A DNA stretch of 64,000 nt from Octopus vulgaris (Eukaryota), in NCBI GenBank assembly GCA_951406725.2, contig OX597824.1, positions 43,710,001 to 43,774,000 on the forward strand. Direction: 5' to 3'. This document shows positions 39,895 to 52,874 of the stretch, in pieces (position 1 is the stretch's first letter; each line of letters starts with the position of its first letter). Below the pieces are notes generated by a model that worked only from the letters and a program-made list of their open reading frames with translations, was not told the DNA's origin and ran no database searches. Both the position numbers and the translations under genes were made by a program.

Positions 39895-40136
39895 TTTCGT
39901 TTTTGGATTTGGTTTGCAAGATTCTTTATGTGAGTTCATGTGTTGGAGCATATACTGTTGTGTCTGGGAACAGTCATTCTCTTTTAGTGCCTTATAATTT
40001 TAACACACTTACCAGTAAAATTTCTACTAGAAAAATAAAGAAATAAATAAAGAAGGAAATAAGTGAAAATTTTACCAGTAAGTGCGTTAAATTATAAGGC
40101 ACTAAAAGAGAATGACTCTCCCCGGATACAACAGTA
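39895..40136. repeat. Inverted pair of an interspersed repeat also present at ~1138-1270
   Basis: 39953-40028 is the reverse complement of 40062-40136 (shared taaggcactaaaagagaatgact core). Confidence 0.85.
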
Positions 40137-42229
40137 AAAGATTTAAATTCTCATTCTGAGATAATTGTTCTTTATTCTTCTGTTTTAAATAATGTTTTAT
40201 TTTGATAGCAAAAGTCAGATTCAAATGCCCTTTTTCTTTTTTTTTTTTTTTTTTGCAAAATTATATTGTACTTTTCACCCATATGCTTTACTCAATATAT
40301 CTAAGTAGCATCATACTTCATGCTTTTAACACATTAATATACCTTCAAACTAGAAATATTTCAGCAAACATCACAATTGATAAAACATTTGTATGTTGAG
40401 GAAAAAATGTGTCTTAAATGCAAATCGAGGATGTGTTGCCAGTCTAAAGAGCAAAGCTATATTTGTCCAATATAATAATTTTATTTCATTTTTTTTTTAT
40501 AAAGACTATCAAAAAAAAATACCACCCCTAAGAACGGAAAGGGTGTTTAATAATATTACCTATGTTTATTTAAATTGCTATCCCAGAAAATTCATTGATT
40601 TTAATGTTTTTCAAGATTGTAATCTTTAATAATATATTTACTGACTGTGCATAAAATTTCTTTACAGCCTTCACAATATTCCTATGATTGCAGTAGTTTG
40701 GCTTATATGTCATTAATGTTATAAAAGATGTCTGTTTATTATTTTAGTAGTCAAAGTTTCCCTTCAGTATGTGAACATATTAAAGTTTGTATTCTTTTAA
40801 GTTTTCATTTAGTTCTTTTTATTTTATTTATTTTTATAATATTGGTATTATTTTCAGTTATAGCAACAATTGTTTAAAAAAAATTACTACAAAATAAGTC
40901 ACATGTATTAAATAATATAAAACAGAAATTATATGGTTTAAATAGTGGTGGAACAATATATAGTTGTCAAGCTTAGAATAGCTTTGAATATATATATATA
41001 TTGATAATGTTGTTTATTTACTTCATTTTGCTCATATTAAACCTGCATCATATTAAACAAAAATTACATAAACATATAGTATGAAAATATTTAGACGATT
41101 TTATTCAACATTAATTATTACTCATTGAAGATAATTCCAAACTAAATACTAAAATACTATTTTCTACATCTTCATTTCACAATCAATTTAGTGTTATTGT
41201 TTGCTAAAATATTGGGCAGTTTAATATTATATACTTGGGAAAATCAAGATGTTGATTTACTAGTCAAGGAAACAGATAATCAGAGATACTATCCACATGA
41301 AAAACAATAACCAAGTTAGTGCAAGCATATTCAATGCAGAGAACAATGCAAAGCTCACTAGAAATAAATCTACTGCAAGGAAAGAAAACAATTTTAATTA
41401 ATAACTAGTATTTTCAGAGGCAGTCTTTTTTTTCCCTATTTCAGTCTTGTTCTGACATAATCAGCAAAGCATTTTATCCTCTACTTAACAACTCTATTTT
41501 CCTACAACAATCAGTGTACAGTTATTGTACAATTAATGATATTTCATCACTACCAGGGAAAATACTGTGAAGACTTTGTTTTACTGATGAGATCCAAAGC
41601 CAATCATATCTCCTGTACTTGCTAAAATTGTGTCCCATACTTGCTACATAATTGAAAATAACATTAGTCAATTAAGTTTGTTTATCCTTCACCACATGTT
41701 TCTTTTAATGCTCTCTTCAAATATTTTAACATTAATTTTAACTTTTACTATTTAGCACCTAAATAGCAACTTTAGCAATTTTCCTTTAACTACTGAAGTT
41801 TTTACTTTTGTAAATACATGTTATATCTTGAAGGTTTACATCTATTTTAAATAAGAGATCAATAATAAATGATTAAATAAAGTGAAATGACTACCTAAAT
41901 TTGCAATAGTACCTACAACCATTAGGATTTACATCTTTAATTGCTTGTCTTATAATCAGATGGGATTATATGCAAGATAAGTACTTCAGTTATCATGGAA
42001 AAATTAATTATTTTCTATTAGTTATTTAAAACTATAGGTTTCTCATCTTATCTTTGAAATAGTTTTGTGATTGTATATGTATAATATTTGTATATATGTG
42101 AGCATGTGTGTATGTGTCTATGTGTGTATGTGTCTACTACAAACAAAATATAAGAAAACTTTGTACCTTTAGATGAGTAAATAGTTAATATGTAGGGTTA
42201 CAGTTACAACTTACAGCATTCCATTAATC

Positions 42230-43280
42230 AGGGTTTCATATCCCTGTTCTTAGACAATCTTTGGATGAGGCTAGCTGGTGGAATGAATAACACTTATGGA
42301 TTGTTTTTTGTTAGATTATTTTTTTGTGAAGAAAGCTTTTTTTCAGTATGGCTCATCATTTTGTTGACTTCTGGTTTGTCTTTTGAATAGGATGGTGGTC
42401 TGTGAACTTTCAATTGTTCAGATGTTTCATGTTCAATCATTCTTTTGAGATTAGAAAGTTAGAAATTATTCTCATGTTAACACTTAGAAATTAGTTCTGG
42501 GGTTGCAAATTTCTCCTTGCAGTCTTGAAGAACATAAAGTTAATAATGAGCTTATTGACATTACATGGTTTATCAGGATGAAGCCACCACATACAGTAAT
42601 AGGTCAAAGTAGTGTAATTTTGTTGTCTTGGTCACAATGAATATTTTAAAGTAAAACCATAGCAATGGATGTGTTTGCTGCTGAAAAGTAGTTTAGATTA
42701 GGTGATATTAAAACTTATCAATATTGTGATATTTCAAGTACCATTGTTTCTTTTTGTCTGCATGTCTAAAGGTAGACTTGGTTCTTGAAACTGCACTAGC
42801 ACATTTCAATATATAATCTAGATCTTATGTTTCCTTGGATTAGCATGATAGCTCATAAATCATTGATACATCATTGCATCAATTGCCAAAGGTATAATTC
42901 TGTTTGGACTGTTGCAGTCATTGCTACTCATAACTACATGGTAGTTTGAGGCACCTACAGCATGCAAGGATGTTCCCTGTGTTTGTCTTGCATCTATAGT
43001 TTACCCTTAAGTTTTACTGTGAACTAGTTTGTAATGTTTGTATCCTATGAGAAAATGGATCATGTTTATGAAATTCCTAGCAATATCAAATATTCACATG
43101 GGCAATATGATGGCCCAAATTAGATTTCACCATGATTGCATTTTTTATGATTTTATAGTGATTCAGGTTTAGAGATAAACTTAATTTTTTTCTCTAAATC
43201 CATTATTCAGAAGTATATTGTAGCACTGGATTGTAATTCTATAAAATGTTCCATTTTCTGAGATGCTGGAGTTTTTACTA

Positions 43281-43312
<32 letters not shown>

Positions 43313-43750
43313 GTTTAACGTCCGTTTTCCGCGCTAGCACAGGTTGGAAATTGTTGTTAGTTAGATTTTTTTAAATGGTGGAGATTCTGTTGATGTAAAT
43401 GAGCTTTTCATTTTGTTTTCTGTACAGTTCTTACATTGGTTGAGATTTTTTTAAATGTCTAGAAATTTATATATGTAATTAGTGATATTCTTCCCTAGTT
43501 CTTTAAAGGTACTAATTAGGTATTTAGTTTCCTTGTGTTATGTAGATCTTATTCATGTATGTTCTTAATGATAGCTAGGTTGTCATCTCTGTCCGGCCTG
43601 ATGTCTAAAATCTTAAATGGTTTTTTTTAAGATTACTTAGGATGAATAATCCAACTAGATTACATGCATCTCCTTTGACAAAGCAGCCCACCATAATATC
43701 AAATGAACCATGAGTCTTTCTCCATGGAAAACTGTGACTTTCCGACGCTC
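42230..43750 (-). mobile_element. Decayed Penelope-like element (RT region)
   Basis: FDIMVGCFVKGDACNLVGLFI (cf. FDVTMGSxDGAEVCELVGL) and DRDDNLA (cf. YRDDGL); ~130-bp direct repeat 42488-42620 / 45078-45205. Confidence 0.7.
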
Positions 43751-43959
43751 ATGATCATGTTGAGATTGCTATCAACACTATTGCAATGTGTCATTTCAAA
43801 TTCCACAGCTCTGTTGAAGAGGGGCTTGAAAATTGACATGTTGAATTCAACAATATTGAACTGAGTCAAAGTGCAGCCGTTTTCATTGCTAATATTGCTA
43901 AAAGAGTAAACTACTGTATTGGTATTATCCCATTGAATTTAGTGGAATTTCAAATTTTA

Positions 43960-45015
43960 TCCATACATCTTCACCACTATTCTTGGGAAAGTCATGGGAG
44001 CAGAGCCTTCAGGCATCTCCTCCATAGAGTCCTAGTCATTACTGATGCAACCATCCTTAGAGTTTTCCATTGAATTCTCAAGCATGACCAACTGAGACTA
44101 TGGATATTATCCATCCATCTTGTTTTTGGTCTACATCTAGGTCCCCTGCTGGTTGACTTGGCTCGAAGAATCTGTTTTGCAATTCTTTCCTGTGACAATC
44201 TAATCATACATTTGTGGTACCAGAGCTGTGATTTCTCAATGTTATGAAGTAACCTGAGTAACATTATTCCCTTCAGTGTAACCACATTTTGGTGCATGTA
44301 GTTGCAATCATACTTTTTGATCATTACCCAAAATTCATGACCATAGGTAAGGATAGACAATTAAACTGGTTTGAAAATAAAAAGTGTGACTTTTTTACCA
44401 ACCTCTTTCTTGAGAATTGAATGCAGGAGTTAGTGTATTACTGCCAGGTGCCAGCACTTGCAAATCTAGCATCCTGCTTCTCATCACTCATGAATTGAAC
44501 CCCAAGATACTTAAACTTCACCACTTGTCTCAGCAATGTTCCACTAATATGCCGAGTGCACTGGGAAAACTTTCTTGAAAAGACCTGTTTTCAGTTTTTG
44601 TAACACTAATTCTCATTCCTACTTTGCAAAACTTGGTAGCAAATTAATTCAGTATATACTAGAGATCACTTGCTGATGAGCCAAGTAGCACCATGTCATC
44701 TGCAAATATCAACCAACCAATCCTACACCAACTGATTGTGATACCACTTTCACAATGGCTGCACATGTCAATCCAGTTCATAAAAATTATGAAGAGAGGT
44801 GACAAAATGCATCCCTGCTGAAACCCAACACCCACCATTGAAAGGTTTCAACTTAACACCATTTATCTGAATACAAACATCTGAACTTTTTATATAGGGA
44901 TTTCCCAACTAAAAAAAGTTGCCCATTAATTCCAAACTCCTGTAAAACCCTTCACATGCATGTCCAGCAGTATGTGGTCATATGCATTTTTGAGTTCTAT
45001 GAAGCAAGCGTACAC
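43960..45015 (-). mobile_element. RTE-clade LINE 3' fragment (RT to C-terminus)
   Basis: QQGCILSPLFIIFM, LIFADDMVLL, FKYLG, LTYGHEFW and RGPRCRPKTRWMDNI. Confidence 0.85.
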
Positions 45016-48000
45016 CTCTTTAGGTTGGGTTTGGTGACTTTTCCAAACTCACTTTTTGCAGGATTTAACCTGGACTTGAGATTTGTTGCAAATTTCTCCT
45101 TGTAGTCTTGGCAAAAGAAAGATAAAAAAAATTAGCTTACTGATATTACATCATTTATCAGAAGAGTGCTACCACATACAATGATAGTCCAAAACAGTGT
45201 AATTTATATTTCACTCTTCATAAACCACCCCGCACCAATGATTAATAAAAAAAAAAGATTTAAATAAAAAATGTCAATTTGTCAGACTGAAATGTTTCCT
45301 CTCTCTTTTGGAGGCAACAGAACATAGGTAGTGTCACATATGTGACATGCCAGCATCATGACATTTGTTTCAACACTTACAAGAGAGTCCTTTGAAGGTT
45401 GCCATATTCAAATTCCTGGATACTGGTGTGATACTATTGTATGGAAGTTGAATTAGTCACTAAAAATATATTCATACATGTGTTGTTGTGTATTTGACTG
45501 TTTATGTGAACATATATGTACAATATTTGTGTAATCATATATAATATAGCTATGTATGTGTATGAATATGCACCTCATTTTTACAAGTACATCTAAGATT
45601 GAAATTGGCATTTTTTTTAAAGTTTAATGGTTGATAAACATTGCTAGGATCATTTGAAACTGTATCAATAGTTAAGAATTAGGTTGCATTTTAATCATGC
45701 CTTTGAAAACATTTAATGTATACCCTCACATTCAAATAGTGGGCCTCATCTTTGAGTTTCATTTTAACTAAATAAATATATATATTATACTGCTTTTTTT
45801 ATGAATTTAAACTAGTTTCTTTTTTTCTCTTTTTATTTTTTGTTTGATAATAATATTATTTATAATGTGCTCTGCATTGAAAGATATCGATTGTTAAAGG
45901 AATATGAGTCATTAAATTAATATTCATAAAATGTTGAAATTTATTCTCTTTACTTCCTTGATAGGCTTGTAAATAAAAGGTGTATTTGTTCAGTCATTCC
46001 TCTTGGTTAATTGAATAGTAATTTACAATTTTAGTTAGTTTCACAAATGATTTGTTTCTTTATAAAAGGGTGCTAGATATTCAAGTTCCATTTAAAAACT
46101 GATTCACATTCACAGTTGTATTAGTAAATTTCTTACAATAGAATTTATTATTTTAGGAGAGGATATTATATCTTTGTGGGCATAGCTGAGATTGTGTCTA
46201 TATCATGTGTAGTTATCATTGACTTAAAGCTTTCTGAATAATCCATGATTATAGATGATACTCATGAGAATTTGCCCATATAAATAAGCAAATACTGAAA
46301 GTTGCAAGAATATTATTTGTAAAGAAAAATAGAATGTATTAACAGAATAAGCTGTATTTTCTTTTATCAACTGGTCCACCAATAGCTATGAAAGTTTTCT
46401 TAAATAAAATTTGTGGTGGATATGTGAAACTGCCATGGCTGATATACATTCTAAAATGTTCATTTCATTATAAGACAACATGGGATGGAAGTAAATAAAC
46501 AGAGTCACAGTCCTCAAAATGAAGACCTGCATCAAATGTTTGGTAAGTGACTCAGAGAGAGAATGAAAATAGTTAGGTAGCAATAAAAATGAGTTGGGCA
46601 AAAGAACTACTAATTTGGGGTTCAGATTACTATATCAAAAATATTGCGGCTGTTTATAGAAGTATAGATTCTGACCTAAGACTAGAATAAGTATGTGCAT
46701 AAGCTATTATGTAAATTTGTTACTAACATAAAAATTAAAGATTTTGAAAATAATTTTAAACATGTTTATGATGAGAAAGATCTTTAAAACAGTATTAAGC
46801 AGAATAAGGAAAAAAAATAAATCAAATAAGAACATTTTGTTGTTCTCTCTCTCTCTCTCTCTCTTTCTCATATTTTCTGAAAGTGATGACTTACAAGCAA
46901 TAATTATTTTTTGCTTTGGTTTTTTTTTCTGTCACTTATCCTGATCTTATCTTGATATAAAATTTTTAGATTCATTACATTCTTCTTTAATGTCTACTAT
47001 TTCCCTGTATTTGTTTGTTATGTGTTGTTATTTCATTTTCTTTACATATCACTGTAATTTATTATTGATTATTTTCTTGCACAAAGAAAATTTGTTTTTC
47101 ATGAACAGGTTACAATATTGTGTATATAAACATATTCGATACATAATTGAGTCATTAAGCTTTACAGGAAAGAGTAATGGAGCAACTTTTAAAAACAGAA
47201 TTTTCTGTTTCCTAATGCATGATGTTCCAGATGATAGCTCTCTTAGAAGTGTAGTTTAGGTGGTAACAGTGGCCACATTCTGCTAGTGGTAGTAATCTGC
47301 TTAGCACTGGATATGTAGATAAAAAAAAATCACCTGCTGAAAACTCTCTCATGAAAATCTTTCTCATTGATTGTATTCTTTAAAAATATTTTAAGAATTA
47401 ATATTATATGCTTAGTATTATTTTAGAATAGCTTTCTTGTATTTTTTTTCCAATTTATTTAATGCTTTGACTTTTTTTATTAGCTGGCTTTTGTGTAATT
47501 TTCAGACATCAGATTTTATCTTCAGATTTATAACCAAAATTCAAGGAATAATTGCTGAAGCAAGTTAGGGTAAATGCTAATCATATATAAAGGGAAATTA
47601 AACTCCTTTTTTTTTTTCAAAAATGGATAACATTTTCAAAGGAGGAACTATAACAAAAAAATATTTATAAAAGTAAAATAGTTATAATTTGTTAAAAATT
47701 CTGTTATAATTTTTTTAGTTTTTGCTATATTGTGTTTAATATTTCAAAATCAAAAATATAAATATGGAATATTACAGAAATATTTTAGATGCTGACAGGA
47801 TATATTTTGTTGGTTCATGAACTGGAAAATATTATATATTATTTGTCAATTTAAACAAAAAGCAATTGGATATAACTAAATTTACAATTATTGTGCCGGG
47901 TTAGGAGCTTTGTTTACTTGCTTAACATATTCTACTCTTAAAAATATTTTGCTGTCCTTAAATTGTCTTCATTGTTTGGATACCATGACTGTAATAATGA

Positions 48001-48358
48001 TAGGTTGGCCACATGGCTTCACCTACTACAGCTTGCTAGATACTAGATAACTATATATAAAGTATGTCAGTCTGTAAATTGTTCTTAATTTTATAGACTA
48101 CATCTATAACTAAAGAACCTTTTTACATGTAGATTTTTATATACACATCAATTATTCTCAATGTAATCATTGATTCAAACAAACAAGTTACATCAATTTT
48201 ACATGCAAACCTTCCTTCACATCAAATATTCCATTAAGGAAATATTATTAGATGAAGGGTTTTTTTTCTTTTCCCTGTATATATTTCTTTTGCTCACTCT
48301 CTCTCGGTATCTCTTTCTGTGCATGTCTGTATGGATATCTATCTATCTGTCTATCCAT

Positions 48359-48446
<88 letters not shown>

Positions 48447-48651
48447 CACATACATAAATATATATATATAAATATAGTTACAAATTGAGATAGGGGTTTC
48501 AAATTCAACCCTCCATGGGATAACATATATCCAATATACTGCTAATGAAGTACCCAACAAAGTTAATACATAAATGTTAAGAATTGTGATGCAATTAATT
48601 CATTTACTGTATTACATGGGCAAAGGTAAAATTATTTTTACCATAAATTAA

Positions 48652-49253
48652 TAATACAAAATAAGAAAATGGAGAAATACATCTAAATCATTCATCAACT
48701 ACCAGATAATACCCAATCACATACTTTATTAAACCACTATATAAAAATATATAACAAAACAGCGTACATGAATGAGTAATACAATACAATAAGTATAATC
48801 ATTATAAGAGGATATAAATAAATAAATATAAATAGATATAGATATAAATATACACTATATCTTACAGCTGTTTCGGCCATGCAGATAAATATGCCTCATT
48901 TTACTTATATTAGCCATGTATAGTATGTCAATATGAAGTTAAAAATGAGACATTTACAAAGACATCTTAAGGCCTGTTCGGAGATTCTAAAGTATAAACC
49001 AAATTACATATATACTCATAAAAGTGTGGGTATGTACCCACACTTATATGAGTATATATGTAATTTGGTTTAATACTTTAGAATCTCCGAACAGGCCTTA
49101 AGATGTCTTTGTAAATGTCTCATTTTTAACTTCATATTGACATACTTTTGTTATTTAATTTTATGTAGTGGTTTAATAAAGTATGTGATTGGGTATTATC
49201 TGGTAGTTGATAAATGATTTAGATGTATTTCTCCATTTTCTTATTTTGTATTA
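48652..49253. repeat. Long fold-back (inverted repeat) of Penelope-LTR-like sequence
   Basis: 48922-49032 pairs with 49035-49146; 48652-48759 pairs with 49147-49253. Confidence 0.95.
48859..48985 (-). ncRNA. Degenerate minimal hammerhead ribozyme with a long loop II
   Basis: AUCU-CCGAACA-GGCC...GGCC-GAAA-CAGCUG-UA-AGAU. Stems I-III are intact, but the CUGANGA box has two substitutions. Confidence 0.55.
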
Positions 49254-49276
49254 TATATAAATATATATATATATAC

Positions 49277-49360
<84 letters not shown>

Positions 49361-49363
<3 letters not shown>

Positions 49364-49742
49364 GCAGGAGTGGCTGTGTGGTAAGTAGCTTACTTACCAA
49401 CCACATGGTTCCGGGTTCAAACCCACTGCATGGCATCTTGGGCAAGTGTCTTCTGCTATAGCCTCGGGCCGACCAATGCCTTGTGAGTGGATTTGGTAGA
49501 CAGAAACTGAAAGAAGCCTGTTGTATATATTTATATATATATATATGTATGTGTGTATATATGTTTGTGTGTCTGTGTTTGTCCCCCAAGCATTGCTTGA
49601 CAACCGATGCTGGTGTGTTTACGTCCCTGTCACTTAGCGGTTCAGCAAAAGAGGCCGATAGAATAAGTCCCGGGGTCGATTTGTTCGACTAAAAGCAGTG
49701 CTCCAGCATGGCCACAGTCAAATGACTGAAACAATTAAAAGA
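49361..49742 (+). mobile_element. Near-complete tRNA-derived SINE
   Basis: ggcgcaggagtggctgtgtggtaag (A box) and ggttcaaaccc (B box), internal (TA/TG) tract, inserted in a (TA)n array. Related partial copies at ~54280-54430 and 63893-64000. Confidence 0.85.
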
Positions 49743-49870
49743 GTATATATATATATATATATACTATATACACACACATATATATATATACATATATATA
49801 TACACATATATATACATATACATATGTATATGTATTATACACATATGTGTGTGTACATATATATATACAT

Positions 49871-49905
<35 letters not shown>

Positions 49906-49981
49906 CATATACATATACACATATATAAATATGTATATACATGAATGCATATATGTATATAAATGTAAATATATATATATA

Positions 49982-50844
49982 CAGGGTGGGTGAAAAGTAA
50001 GTAGGCATTAAAAATTGGTAATAAAATTCATATTCCTTTTACAAATTTATTGACACCAATGATACATTCTCTATTACATGGGGAACTGAAAGTAAATCTT
50101 CACATTTCAATGTAAGAACCAGTGACATCAACCAATTTCCTCAAATGGTCAGGAATGGAATGAACAACCTGCTGAAGAACGTCATCTGGGATATCATTGA
50201 GAACCTCCTGAATCCATGTCTCAAAGTCCTCCCTTGTGCAAAGTTTTGTTTTGTACACTTCTTTTGTGTAACCCCCACAGGTGAAAATCACATGAAGTGA
50301 GATCTGGACTTCTTGGAGTGCTGGACTTCTGAACTTCTGTGATCACAGTCTTCAGGTTTTAGCTCTTGCATCTAATGGGATTTCCACAAATGAAAATTCA
50401 ATTCTTTATGCAACACCATATGTATTGCATTATCTTGTTAGTCCACTTTCATGAGCTGCTTGACATGTTGAATTTTGCAGGCTGTGATTAAACATTTCCT
50501 GCACTGTTGCTACGTTTTCCCCTGATCGGGGTGTGATTGTATGGCCACATCTTGCTTCTTTCACAGAGCCCATGGTCATCAGCTTTGCATGACAACTTTT
50601 TATTGTCTCTGAATGTAGTGTTGCATGCTTACCTTTTCATGCACATCACCATCTCTGAACCAAAATAATGGAATTCTGCACTTTAAAATGTGGTGGTATC
50701 TTAGCTCACTCCTGAACAGTCGAGTGGCTGGCCATCTGGAAAATAAGAAATAAGAAAATAAAAAATCCCCATTAGTGTTGTCTGCTTAAAAATTGTTTTT
50801 ATCATAAGCAATTTCTAATGCCTAGTTACTTTCTACCTACCCTG
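49982..50844 (-). mobile_element. Internally deleted Tc1/mariner-superfamily DNA transposon
   Basis: TIRs cagggtgggtgaaaagtaagtaggcatta / taatgcctagttactttctacctaccctg; C-terminal remnant GYTKEVYKTKLCTREDF...LRKLVDVTGSYIE. Confidence 0.8.
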
Positions 50845-50942
50845 TGTATATATAAGGATGCGTATGCATTTATATATAAGTATACATATATGTGTACACT
50901 GACACACATACCTATTGGGTATATACCTGACATACTTGTGTA

Positions 50943-51000
<58 letters not shown>

Positions 51001-51603
51001 TGTGTGGTGTCTGTATGTGTATACATATGTGCAAATTGAAATTAAAGTTTAAATTTAAACTTTGCACGTTGGTTATGTCCATAGAAGTATACTGACAAAG
51101 CACATTCACTGCTTATGGCTACCTGGTGTGTCATCTATGGTAATTGCACAATCGTCACTGGATCTACATTAGGAATTCCTCAGTGTACGTTATGTATAGT
51201 AGAATCAATGAATATGGAAGATAGAGTATACTGGAAGCTTTTTTTATCACAACTATCATTTCAATACATCCGCATCACTCCTTCAGAGGTGAGAAACTAT
51301 GCAATGAATTATGGTGCACTCTATGGTGTAGAAGCATCTCTTCTGATGACATAACACAGCTTTTCACTACATAAGTAATGTTTCACTCTTAATCTGAACT
51401 AAAGTATGTTGATAGTAGTTGTATCTAAAATACATTGAGGCAGAATGCCACCATGAGATGCACCATAATTCACTGTATAGTTTCCCACCCACGAAGGAGT
51501 GATATGGGATATATCAAAATGATTGTCATGACAAATAAAGTTTCCAGTGTACTCTCTCTACCATATCCATTGTTTTTACTATATATGCGTGTATATATGC
51601 ATA

Positions 51604-51711
<108 letters not shown>

Positions 51712-51819
51712 GTATGTATATATATATGTATCTATGTATATATATATATATATATATACATATATACATATATACATGCAACCCACAGATCCATATTCTC
51801 ACTTATAAAATTCAGTGCG

Positions 51820-52720
51820 ACTATCAGGGAAGTTTGTGCTCTCTCCAGTACTGACTTGCAGTGGCCACTGCAGTGGCATGCTTGGTAGACTTGTTTGAGT
51901 GCAACTTATTGTTGATGTACATCCCAGTACATTTTTAGTGCTAGTGAAGTTAATGATGTGTGGCTATTTCTTTGTTTATATGTATTTTATGATTTTCCGG
52001 GCTCAGTGGAAGGGTTAATGTTTTGTGGTACTGTTGTAGCAGTGCTATGACAAGTTATATAAGTGTTTGGTATTGATTTTTAATGTAGTAGCAGAGACTT
52101 CTGGGGTTGAAATGTTCTATAGTAATATACTTTACTCCTTGCGTGTCCAGATGATCTTTCATTTCTAATATTTTTCCTTTATTGTGTAGGTGATTAGTGT
52201 ACAACATATGGTTCATTGTTTGCTCTTCTGTTTATGTGAGGGTTCAGGTAGGGCTGGCATAGTTCATGATGGAATCTGTTGTATGTGTATACTATTGTTG
52301 TTTCTTTCTGTTGGCCAAGTGAGGTACTGATAAGTGCATTAAGTATGATTGTGCATTGTTTAGCTTTCTTTACTATGTCTTCTTTGTGTATAGTGTACAT
52401 TGTGGCAGTATAATATCTCATTTCTAATATTTTTGTTTTCTATGTGTGTGTAGTGTGTTTATGTTGTTGATTATGATGGTTGGATACATTTTGATGTTCT
52501 CTGATGTTACTGGCTATAAGGGTGACATTGGTTATGGTATGTTCTAGTAAAAGTTTATTTTGGAACTAAGCTTTTAGGTGATTTATATAGTTTTAGTGAT
52601 TAAACAAGTGTCTGCAAAATTGTAGGTGCATGTGAGTGTGATGCCATCTGCATATGAGTTTGTGTATATTCTATGGAAGCGTGAGTCAGAGGACATATCC
52701 CTATGGCATTCCATTTCAAG
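51820..52720 (-). mobile_element. Decayed LINE RT/C-terminal remnant
   Basis: SYADG (YADD-like) near 52645-52660 on the minus strand; strand-biased coding-like composition. Confidence 0.45.
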
Positions 52721-52840
52721 AAATAGCTAAATTGTACACGTATTATTCTTGTATACTACATACACTTAACAAATACACAAGTAGTTTATTATCCAGTGTT
52801 TTGTATTGTTTCTGAGTGTGGTGTAGAGTATGTCTTCCTC

Positions 52841-52874
<34 letters not shown>

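Noticed and set aside
47490-47575. Acceptor-like ttcag sites in the long intron as a micro-exon
   Set aside because: The phase-0 reading hits a stop (TGA) or lacks a convincing donor, and there is no Nav similarity.
49361-49430. tRNA-like A/B boxes as a tRNA gene
   Set aside because: No proper cloverleaf; the sequence continues into a repeated SINE body.
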